From: Vicugna vicugna
Taxonomy: Eukaryota
DNA length: 64,000 bases
Assembly: GCA_013265495.1 (NCBI GenBank)
Contig: MU061748.1
Location: 21,405,235 to 21,469,234, forward strand
Direction of reading: 5' to 3'
Shown piece after piece: positions 39,136-49,566 of this stretch (positions are counted from its first letter, which is position 1; each line of letters begins with the position of its first letter). The translations under genes and the position numbers were made by a program. A model generated the notes under the pieces. That model did no database searches and was not told the origin of the DNA. It worked only from the letters and a program-made list of their open reading frames with translations.

Positions 39136-41006
39136 GTATAGCAGTAAGAGGAGAACAAGGTATTCCTGGTCCACCAGGCCCTGTTGGACCTCGAGGGCAC
39201 CCAGGTCCTTCTGGACCACCAGGAAAACCAGGCACTGGAAGTCCAGGACCCCAAGGAGAGCCAGGGTTGCCAGGACCGCCGGGACCATCAGCCACTGGGA
39301 AGCCAGGTTTGACAGGACTCCCAGGAAAACAAGGAGAGAGAGGACCATCTGGACCAAAAGGAGATATTGGACCAGCTGGTTTACCAGGACCACGGGGCCC
39401 ACCAGGGCCACCTGGAATCCCTGGCCCAGCTGGAATTTCTGTTACAGGAAAACCTGGACAACAGGGACCTACAGGAGCCCCAGGACCCAGGGGCTTTCCT
39501 GGAGAAAAGGGTGCACCAGGAGTTCCTGGTATGAATGGACAAAAAGGGGAAATGGGATATGGTGCTCCTGGCCGCCCAGGTGACAGGGGTCTTCCAGGCC
39601 CTCAGGGTCCCATGGGACCACCTGGCCCTCCTGGGGTGGGAAAGAGAGGTGAAAATGGGCTTCCAGGACAGCCAGGCATCAAAGGTGATCGGGGCTTTCC
39701 AGGAGAAAGGGGGCCAACTGGCTCACCAGGCCCCCAAGGTCCTCCAGGGGAACAGGGACCAGAAGGCATTGGAAAGCCAGGAGCCACTGGAGCCCCAGGC
39801 CAGCCAGGGGTTCCAGGGACAAAAGGTCAGCCTGGGGCTCCGGGAATAGCAGGGCCCCCAGGTGCTCGTGGCTTTGGGAAACCAGGCTTGCCAGGCTTGA
39901 AGGGACAAAGAGGACCTATAGGCCTTCCAGGGGCTCCAGGTGCCAAAGGGGAACAAGGCCCAGCAGGCCATCCTGGGGAACCAGGTCTCACTGGACCCCC
40001 TGGAAATATGGGACCCCAAGGGCCAAAAGGCATCCCAGGCAATGATGGGATCCCAGGGCCTAAAGGTGAGACAGGGCCAGTGGGGCCTGCAGGATACCCT
40101 GGGGCTAAGGGAGAAAGGGGCACCTCCGGGTTAGATGGAAAACCAGGGTACCCAGGAGAGCCAGGTCTCAATGGTCCCAAAGGTAACCCAGGGTTACCAG
40201 GCCCAAAAGGTGACCGTGGAATTGGAGGACCTCCTGGTCTCCCAGGCCCTGTGGGCCCAGCAGGAGCTAAGGGATTGCCTGGACACAATGGTGAGACTGG
40301 TCCAAGAGGTGCCCCTGGAATACCAGGTACCAGAGGCCCCATTGGACCACCAGGCATTCCAGGATTCCCTGGATCTAAAGGGGATCCAGGAACTCCAGGT
40401 CCTCCTGGTCCTGCTGGCATAGCAACTAAGGGCCTCAATGGACCCACTGGGCCACCAGGGCCTCCAGGTCCAAAAGGCCATGCTGGAGAGCCTGGCCTCC
40501 CAGGGCCCCCAGGACCCCCAGGGCCCCCAGGCCAAGCCGTCCTGCCAGAGGGTTTTGTAAAGGCAGGCCAAAGGCCTTTTGTTAGTGCCAACCAGGGAGT
40601 AACAGGAATGCCTGTGTCTGCTTTCACTGTTATTCTCTCTAAAGCTTACCCAGCTATAGGCAGTCCCATCCCATTTGACAAGATTTTATATAATAGCCAG
40701 AAGCATTATGACCCAAGAACTGGAATCTTCACCTGCAAGATACCAGGAATATATTATTTCTCCTACCACATACATGTGAAAGGGACCCACGCTTGGGTGG
40801 GCCTGTATAAGAATGGCACCCCTATAATGTACACCTACGATGAATACGTCAAAGGCTACCTGGATCAGGCTTCAGGTAGCGCCATAATCGATCTCACAGA
40901 AAACGACCAGGTGTGGCTCCAGCTGCCCAATGCAGGGACAAACGGGCTGTACTCCTCTGAGTATGTCCACTCCTCTTTCTCAGGATTCTTAGTAGCTCCG
41001 ATGTGA
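39136..41006 (+). CDS. COL10A1: COL10A1 exon 3 coding part: 463-aa triple helix (39150-40538) and 155-aa C1q-type NC1 domain; full protein 674 aa
   Basis: Gly-X-Y repeat with the 8 imperfections typical of collagen X (GTG, GPSATG, GISVTG, GYG, GVG, GIG, GFG, GIATKG) and two G|I collagenase-type sites. NC1 runs [15 protein letters not shown]...FSGFLVAPM to TGA at 41004-41006. 154+1871=2025 nt. The true exon starts after the AG at 39134-39135, not at the track's 39111. Confidence 0.99.
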
Positions 41007-41969
41007 GCATGTTCCCAGCCAGCTAGTATTATTCTGCTTGAAAAGGCCTCCCCCAACTCCACCCTGCCCCACAAATGCATATGGAAGTAGGCTGAAAGAA
41101 AATGTGACTAATTTTAGTTTTCCAAAATACAGGTCTGGGCTGTCAGAGACGGGAAACAGTATGTGAAGACCCTCGAGAGTTTCTGGTCAGCAATCCTAAG
41201 TCTCTTTAAAGTTTTCTGTGAATTCCTTCAGTATTTGCAAATTTCACCATAAAAGTCCTGCTAACCTAAAAAAATTACCACCAAAAACCCTGAAATGTGA
41301 CACCAAATTATGTTAAATTTGATGTCAGAAATTCAGCATTTCCTTTTAAAATAAGCCCGTTTCTAACAATTAGCAGGAGAGTTTCTAGGAAACATCTAGG
41401 AGGTGATGTGTGTCTTTATGGGACTTAACTACTTGAATATTCAAATTTAAAAGACACTGTATATCCTAAGATCTTTCTGATGGTGCATTACTCAAAGGCT
41501 GAAAGAGCCCCCTTCATCAGTATATATTCAAGTATACAGGTGCATATAGACTTTTTACAGCTTTCATAAAAAACCCAGAATATTGTGCTAAAATTAATCG
41601 GAAATGCAAGGTGCTTTAGTCATGAACCTTTCCAAACTTTTCTGACTGCAGAAAAGCTTTCTATACACCCTTTACAACCTGGAAATGGGTGTCTGACCTA
41701 TTTTATTTATTTAACGCTAATGTGATTAATTTGCTTAAATTCCTTATTGACTCTTATGTAATACGATCTTATGGGTTTACAGAGTATTAGCATATATACC
41801 TTGGGCCTCCCATTTCAGTAAAATTATAACTAATGTCAAGAGTTTCAAAATCTGACTAGAAATGAAAAGATATTATTTATTAACGCTCTGTACTGTATTT
41901 TAATGTTGCTGTTTAAACCTTTTAAGCTGTGCCTCACGAAATGTTTTACCTACTCTTCATTTACAATGC

Positions 41970-41975
41970 AATAAA
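41970..41975 (+). terminator. COL10A1: COL10A1 proximal poly(A) signal AATAAA
   Basis: Canonical hexamer about 0.96 kb after the stop codon. Confidence 0.7.
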
Positions 41976-42067
41976 ATAACATCAATAGATTATTATGCTG
42001 AATTTATTTGACACCAGCAATTTGCTATTCTCAACCAATCTTTTAAGGCTTTTCATTTTACAAAGTT

Positions 42068-42073
42068 AATAAA
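42068..42073 (+). terminator. COL10A1: COL10A1 distal poly(A) signal AATAAA
   Basis: Second canonical hexamer about 100 nt after the first. Confidence 0.65.
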
Positions 42074-43021
42074 AAGTAAAATGATAAAGTGGCGGGGAGC
42101 TTTGACAGGTGTCATGGATACGCCCCTCTATTGGAGATGGGCATTCCCACCACCCAAGCACTCAGGGTGCACTGTGAGAGCTATCAATCGGAACCACATG
42201 CAGTCTACGAGCCAGGGTTGAGGACTGGAAACTGGGAACAGAAAAGTAAGACCATCACCCGACAGCAGTGATTTTCTTCCGGGAGGGAAAGAAGCAGGTG
42301 GCAGAAAAACATGTAGTTTGAACAAATATTCCACAGTTACTATTTGTTGCCTTGACTTGTTTTTAGTCATAATATTTAGGATTATTATGATGGCTTAAAT
42401 TCCATTAAAAGGAAGGCAAGCAATTTTTATATCAATCAAAAGGCAACATTTTTCCCAGCTGAAAAACACTACTCTTGAGCATCCATCAGTCCACTGGCTG
42501 AATTAGGACAGTCTGGCTCAAGTCACCAGAGTAACATACTATAAAGGCACCTCTTTATTCCTCAGAAGCAATCTCTCTGTGTGACCCAAGCAGACATGTG
42601 GATGGAACCATAAAACCCTAGGCTTGATTTGGTGATATCTCTGCCCCTATTCTGGGTGAGCCAGTCTTGTTTTTAAGCAACAAGAATGAGATTTTCACTT
42701 TCCCTACCTTTCTTTAATTACTACAGTAATGGTTACAGGTGTCACCAACCCTCTTTCCCAAGGCAGGAAACAGCAAATTCTGGGGAACCCACAAAATGAT
42801 TCTACTGGTAGGCATGCACAAGACAGCACATCTTAGAATACTGGCAATTATGGCCATGAAATAGACATGAATAAAAGAACTTCTTAAAATATAACCAGTA
42901 TCAACATTATAGCAACATATAAGACCAAATTATGAAACACAGAAAAACAGGTCACTTCTAAGTAATTCAGTAGACACACAGCACTTAACAAATATGTAAA
43001 GTCTCTCTTCATATTACTCAC

Positions 43022-43103
43022 CCTTAAAAGCTGACATTTTATAATTATATTGTATACCAGCAACTACATCCTTCCAAAAATCAAATGGTTTTTGACCGTT
43101 GTG
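43022..43103 (-). CDS. NT5DC1: NT5DC1 coding exon 6; the following intron 6 extends past position 1
   Basis: T14-AG acceptor, then 82 nt encoding HNGQKPFDFWKDVVAGIQYNYKMSAFK plus G, then a GTGAGT donor. I found no exon-7-like sequence between 1 and 43021, consistent with the large COL10A1-containing intron 6. Confidence 0.93.
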
Positions 43104-44519
43104 CTAAAAAAAAAAAAAATCCAAATGTAACACGTCATAATTATGCTTTTAAGCATAGTAGAAAACACGTGGCAAATAACTACAATATTACTATATTCTA
43201 AAACAGAGACTCATATTTTAAAAAATGTAACAGATTAATAAGCTTCTCATTCTTCTAAATGTGATTTTAGAAAGAAATCCTCCATGAAAATCACTGCTAG
43301 AGATAGATTGTTATACACATAAGACTAAATATTAATATAACTCATATAGCCCAAATAAAATTAAAATTTCTACTCATTATAAAGGCTAAAAATTATAGAA
43401 TATTTTAAACCCAAGAGTAAATCTATAATGTTATAGCTTCCAAGATACCAGATTGCACCACTTCATGTACCATGGCACTGATGGGGCTAAGAGGCCTGAA
43501 GCCTCAACACCTCAAAAGCTGGTTACCTTAGAATTCTGTGCACAATTACCTGAATTTCAATATAAAAGAGCAGCAAGTCTCTATAAGAGAGATGCAAGAG
43601 ATTCTAAATCCAAAATTCAAATCATTTTTATTAAGTTTTTTTTAACCAGAAAGCAAATAAACATGACAACACATAAGCCTACAACCCTGTGCTCCCTTGG
43701 AAACATTAATCAGTGTCCTTCTATCCAAATAAAGACCAACTACTAGATATTTGTATCTAATAATACAAACTCTGAAATATTTAAAGACTGATGCGTTTGC
43801 TTATAGTCACTATAGAGTGAGAAACGGATTCCATCTTATAATAGCAACGTCTACAAACCAGAACTATTGCTCAACAGAAACTTCTACAAACACATGACTG
43901 CAATTCTGATTCAAAAATTATCCATTATCTATGTTCTACTAGAAACATGACCATTGAGATTTTTAAAGACAACACATGCAAAAAGGAAAGTGATTCTGAC
44001 ATAAAACCAGTTTATGTTCATAGGTCTTAAGTTCCAAGTACAAACTGATATAACTAGAGATCCAGTTGATCCTGACACACAGGACAAAGAGAAAGTCTTT
44101 ATGTGTTAAACTATGCTCAAAATGATGAATTTAAAAATTTCACCTCATTTTTCTGGTTTTATGTTATTTAGAATGCATAAAAAGACACATGGAATTTTTA
44201 AAATTTGTTTTGTTTATTTTTTAATGCTGCTAATGAAACCAAGAAAATATTTTTTCCATATGCAAGTTTGGTATTTTCTTTTTCTAGACTTTTGCACCCC
44301 CTGGTGGAGAATAGGTTTATTATCCCTGGGGAAAATGGTTGCTATTTAATTTTCCAAAACTATTTTGACCAAATTCTCTGTGTTTTTCCTCCTCAATCAC
44401 CCCTGAAACCACAAAGAGGAAACTGAGTAAAATATCATCTCAAACGACATATATAATTAAGTCCTCTGATTTATGGTTGAATACATATCATAGTTTCTAA
44501 AAAATGAGTCCCTGCTCAC

Positions 44520-44599
44520 CTTTGTTAAGGAGTCCACCACTCTGGCACAGAGAAGAGCTCCAGGCAGGTCAAAGTAGTTATCATAAAAATAGTATTTTC
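44520..44599 (-). CDS. NT5DC1: NT5DC1 coding exon 5
   Basis: Acceptor ...ttctttttag, then 80 nt encoding (G)KYYFYDNYFDLPGALLCARVVDSLTK, then a GTGAGC donor. Lies inside track ORF 44457..44681. Confidence 0.96.
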
Positions 44600-45734
44600 C
44601 TAAAAAGAACAAAATTTTAAAGTGGGAACAAATTAATGCTTCGTTTATGTGACATACACAGAAACTTGGCTGAAGAGACATTGGCTTTTGGTTTAGTTAT
44701 TTAAAGGGGCCTCTATTTCAATTCAGAATGGCTCCACTTCAGCCTATCACTGTCTTTTAAAGAAGGTTTGAGCTCAAGGGCACAAGAAAGTTAAAATATG
44801 ATATCCATCAAGTTAAGCATTTTATTAAAAAACTTATTTTTTAATGTGAAAACTAAACATAGACCATATCCCAAATACAAAATGGATTACAAAAAAGCCT
44901 CAATTTATGTTATCAATGTCACTGAATTTCAAAACCATCACCCTAACACTGGAATACCATTAAGTGATCCACACGACTTTCCATATCCCCCTAGAGTCCC
45001 TCATTCAATTTATGCAATTTCAGACAAACTTCAGTACAGTGAGAACAGCCAGGGTGATGAGAAAAAAAAAAATCACATCACGTGAGGACACAGTGTGCTT
45101 AACTTAGAAAAACTCACAAGCATGGGACAGGCACACTCAAGGATCTCAGGGAGGAGAAGGACTTGGTTTATCCTGTTTGGCCCTAGGGTAGAATTAAACT
45201 TGAGCCCTTTCTTGGCACCGATGTCAATTTTGAATCTGCTGTCCCTGGGCAAACACTTTTGAGGACCCATGTTACGTCACCTCGGTCCACGTCTGATCGC
45301 AGGCACAGCTAGCTGTGCTGAAGAGCATCATCCTGTCTCAAGCACACCTGTGTCACTCCCTTTCTCTGGAAGCCTCTGGAGCTCATGTGACAAGCCTCAA
45401 CCAAGAGGATCAGAAGGCGGTGAACGAATGCCCACGGCTCCTGGCCCTGGATTGACAACTCCGGGAGGCATTCTCAGTGCTTCTTCTCAGAAGTCCAAGT
45501 GGAATCCAGCTCCCACCGTTCTTTCCTTCCGTGTCACACCATCGCCACTATCTCACTCCCACATACTGGAATCAGGAGCAACCACTCTGCTTTGGGAAGA
45601 ACTCAAGGCCACACAGTCCTCTAGAAAACTCAAAGAGGAATCAAACAGAACCAATAGGTGGAGCCAGATTTCAGTTTAACTTAATTAAGAAAGTATTTTT
45701 CAAATGATCGTAACTACTCTTGTGCAGAGTATTA

Positions 45735-45885
45735 ATAACTGCCTGAGTCTGAGTGCCCCCTCCTCTTGCTTGTAAGCTGTGTATGAGGTTATGGAACACT
45801 GCTGTCTTGTTCCTTACTGTCCACTAAGCACAATGTCCAGGACATTGTAGGCACTCAATAAATGTTTGTTGAATGACTGAACGAT
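45735..45885 (+). mobile_element. L2 3' end
   Basis: Ends in ..gtaggcactcaataaatgtttgttgaatgactgaa. Confidence 0.8.
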
Positions 45886-45902
45886 CTAATAATAGAACAG
45901 AT

Positions 45903-46144
45903 TAGTCAACCCTTGAACAACACGGGTTGGAACTGCACAAGTCCACTTATATACATGTATTTTCTTCAAGAGTAAATGCTACAGTAGTACACGATTTGTG
46001 ATCTGCAGTTGGCTGAATTCACAGATGCAGAACTTCAGATAGGGAGGAACCCCAGGAAGGGAAGGCCAACCATAAAGTTATACTCAGATTTTCAACTTCA
46101 TGAGGTTAAGTGCCCCTACCCCCGAGCTGTTCAAGGATCAACTG
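45903..46144 (+). mobile_element. Tigger2-family (TcMar) MITE
   Basis: TIRs AGTCAACCCTTGAACAAC and GCTGTTCAAGGATCAACTG, with TA after the right end. Confidence 0.8.
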
Positions 46145-47254
46145 TAGTTTGGAATGAAGGGTAAATTAAGAGAAAGCTCTCTGCAGAGGACAGATGTCTA
46201 TCCCTTTAAATGTTATTTAGTGCCCCTCACATCTTCATGTCAAATTATTAAGAATGCATAGGGAGTAAAGTCAAAGTTCTGTTAAATTACAAAATGATTG
46301 CATAGGGTTGTATGTCCTTTCTCTCAGTTAAAAACATTTTGGTTGGCATTGTCTTCCTGTTTTTAACTCTTACACAGCTGAAACTTGTGCGGTAACATCT
46401 CGGACTATTTTTCATTCCTAAGAAAGGTTAGGATGCCTTTGTCAGTGTAAGGCAGCAGGTATTTGGAGAAGAAGACACCCCAGGTACACCGCCGCCCACA
46501 CTGCTGTGCTGTAAGACCACACCACACTCCTGAGACCAGAGCTCCTGAGACCCAGGACAGTGGGCACAGCTTCCCAAGGCTCATTGACTTGCACTGCATC
46601 TCACCCAATGGCCTGTGACACTTGAGTGACCTGCCTGACCCAGATGGCCAGCTGCCCCGGGCACTGTGGGGGCAGGAGGTGTGTCATCATTGAACCCGTG
46701 CTTTTCCCCTTCTCCTTCCCCTTACCCTTCCTTTGTGGGCGATAACAGATGAAGTTCAGTTTAGGAGCTGAAATATAGATTATGAGCCTTGGTTGGGGTC
46801 TAATCAAATAACTCAGGGGTTTGATGAGAAGGACTCACTGACTCTCGCCTTCAAGGCAAGAGGCTGATGTCACTTGATTGTCAAACGTGGGCTGAATGAC
46901 CACTGCGTGGGCACAATGGGGCTTGTTCAGCCTTGACGTTAACAGGGACAGGCTGTTCTCAATGGCTCTCCCAACACCAGAACTCCGAGACCATGCTCAT
47001 GAAAGCTTCGACCCTCCACCACAGGGCGGACAGCTCATGGGGAAGGTGATTAGTGAGCTCAGTTCAGTAGAATAAGCCTCTGAATCAAGACCAAGTCCTG
47101 TAATCATTAAGGTTTAGAAAAATGGTTCCCCCAAAACCCACTGCCAACACCTCACCCTTGCAAACTATGTACTCTTATGGAACAAAGGCACAGGAGTGAC
47201 TCAGGGGAAGAGAACAATTCATGTTAGTGAACATTCTCACTTATGCAGACGAGT

Positions 47255-47375
47255 GATATTATCTTCATTTAAAGATTAGGAAAGTGATGCTCAGAGCGGC
47301 TTAGTAATTGACTAGATCACTTTACCCAGCAAGTAACAGAGTTACTATGGTCCAGGACTGTCTGGCTCCAAGTCC
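47255..47375 (-). mobile_element. MIR
   Basis: atcttcattt..aggaaagtgatgctcagagcggcttagtaattgact..tcac..agcaagtaacagag. Confidence 0.65.
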
Positions 47376-47739
47376 CTGTGATTTCCATTAGACCAAGCTG
47401 TTTCTGCATAAGCTACCAGTTTGGGGAGAAAAAGATCAAAAGGCTTTGTTCTCTGGAAATCGGCTGGCAAGAATAAAGCATACTCATGCCACAGCAACCA
47501 CCAGAAAAGCGATTATCAAATAAATTGTTACTAAAATGCTTGTATCCATCAATGCTTCAAATTCCCTAAGTGTACTGGTAGGGAACTGCACTTTACAAGT
47601 CTCTCCTTAACTCTGAGGATGAATACACTCATTGCAGAGGGAAGCAGCACATAAAGAATCAATCAGGGTTCCTGAAAATAAAGGCCTTATTTGGCAAAAC
47701 TGTAAACCCTGCATATCCTTAGAGCAATGGTACTTCAAG

Positions 47740-48010
47740 GAACTTATATTTACAAGTGTAAGACACACATGTATGAAAACGTCACTGCAGGCTTGTTTGT
47801 AACGGTCAAACAGCAGACACAACATAAATGTGCGATGTGAGGACACTGACGAAATAAATCCGGATACAGGCACCGGAGGCCAGAGCACGCCTGCATTTCA
47901 AAGAATGATGTACATCTGTGTGTGTGCAAATGTGATGGTATCTCTAAGACGCAAATGAGAAAGAGCAAAGCACAGAAAAAGTATGATCCTTCCGCATACT
48001 TAAAAAAATT
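47740..48010 (+). mobile_element. Old L1 (L1ME-like) fragment, unusually CpG-rich
   Basis: aaaacgtcactgcaggcttgtttgtaa..caacataaatgtg..tttcaaagaatgatgtacatctgt..gtatgatcc follows the L1ME 3' pattern. Confidence 0.55.
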
Positions 48011-48561
48011 AGCTTTGGGGAAAGGGGATTCTGCAGAACAGGTTTGGAGATGATTGCTCATCACTTTATTCCTTTCCGTGTTTAAATATCCTAGCCATAT
48101 GCTCACATTATTTTTTTAAGTGTGAACAAAGTTTAACTGGAATTATAGGCCATTTTCGCCTTCTTTTATATGTCTCTACATTTTAAAAATGTGTTATTTT
48201 TCTGAGGCATTAGCTTTCTTTTGCTATTTTTCAGAAACAGTAGGCTTCCATTATGTGTCACAGCCTGACCACTGGGCACCAGGATGGGAAACACTTCCCT
48301 AACCAACCCAGTTAGGAGTAAATAAACTGCAGACCATCCTCAGAGCGCTCCTGGGTAATTCAAGCACCAGAAGAAAGCTACTGGTGCCAGGAGGCAGCGC
48401 GCTCCAGTGGGCAGAGCAGTGAGTAAACAGATGGGTCACGCTGGGTACAAGCTCTTTGTAGCTAGGAAATACTTTACTTCTCTAAAATACTCCTGATTCA
48501 TGAATGGATGTCAGAATAAAACACTTAGCTGTGTGCCTCGCTTTTATGGGAAAAGAGCTTA

Positions 48562-48786
48562 CAGTTGAGCCATCAATAACTGCATGGAGAAGGGGTTAGG
48601 AGATCTGACCCTCCACGCAGTCCAAAATCTGAGTGTAATTAATAGTCGGCCCTCCTTATCCTCAGTTCCGCATCCATGGATTCAACCAATCGCAGATCGT
48701 GTAGCACTGCAGTATTTACTATGGGAAAAAAAATCTGAGAATAAATGGACTTGCAGTTCAAACCCATGTTGTTCAAGAGTCACCTG
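48562..48786 (-). mobile_element. Tigger2-family MITE, inverted relative to the copy at 45.9 kb
   Basis: TA|CAGTTGAGCCATCAATAAC ... GTTGTTCAAGAGTCACCTG|TA: TA duplication on both sides. Confidence 0.8.
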
Positions 48787-49459
48787 TACTTCCAACTGAA
48801 CAGAGAACAGGCATCTCCTATCACTTGAGTAAAAGGCAATCCACCCATTTAACTCCCACTAGCTGAGCTGAGATGTGTGAAAGCATTCTACACCTAACCC
48901 CAAGGCGAAAATCCCAGTTTTTTCCTATCAACTTATTTTATCCAGATAACTCATACTTCCCAACATTTTCGCCTCCCTGCAACAAAACAAACTCCCAAAA
49001 GGTAGCAAATGTAGCAAACAAAAACACAACAGTAATAAGGAGTAACTCCAACTATTTTCCAGTTACTGCGCTTTTCTAAAGGAAAACAGGTGCCCTTCAA
49101 AGCGGCAGGGTGAAATGGGGGATGGAGAAATAAAAGTGAAGACTGAGCATGTCACACATCGCTAAAAACACAGAACGACGAATGGATCATTCCTAAGTGC
49201 TAGGCTCCTTTACTCCGGAACCAGCGCAAGTAAAAGGAGAATCAACAAAATGTGAAATAGAACAGAACCAACCGCGGAAGAGAAATTTAGCCACACATGT
49301 GGGAAAAACGCATCCTATTCTTATAAAACCCCAGCTGCTCCCTCGTGCAGCCTGCCCAGCAGGCGGCAGGGAGGGTGCTCCTCGCTGGCCTCACGTCACA
49401 GGTCCAGGGTCCAAAACGGGAAGGGGGACTGGGGGCGCCGCCCCTCGCAGGAGCCCTAC

Positions 49460-49566
49460 CTGACCGGCAGGCCACGGCCGCGTCCGCCGGGAAGTGCCTC
49501 CACTCCCTCCGGCCGTACTCCTCCGCCAGCGCCTCCGGGGCCATCATCCGCGTGCCGTGGCTGGCC
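49460..49566 (-). CDS. NT5DC1: NT5DC1 coding exon 4 (unusually GC-rich)
   Basis: Acceptor ...ccccaaaccag, then 107 nt encoding (R)ASHGTRMMAPEALAEEYGRREWRHFPADAAVACRS(G), then a GTAGGG donor. Lies inside track ORF 49287..49616. Confidence 0.93.

Larger units (their letters stand above)
41007..42090 (+). other. COL10A1: COL10A1 3' UTR (end approximate)
   Basis: Repeat-free AU-rich stretch from the stop codon to the poly(A) signals. Confidence 0.8.

Noticed and set aside
39062-40627. Long Pro/Gly-rich antisense and alternate-frame ORFs over COL10A1 exon 3 (for example 39827..40627 -, 266 aa, and 39062..39583 +, 173 aa)
   Set aside because: They are shadows of GGN-CCN collagen codons, which suppress stop codons in other frames. 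There is no independent promoter, splice or homology evidence.
1-43021. Search for NT5DC1 exon 7 and later exons, retrocopies, NUMTs, tRNA-derived SINEs and snRNA pseudogenes
   Set aside because: None recognised by eye. Exon 7 is expected beyond the left edge. A tBLASTn, Infernal and RepeatMasker run would be needed to exclude decayed copies.
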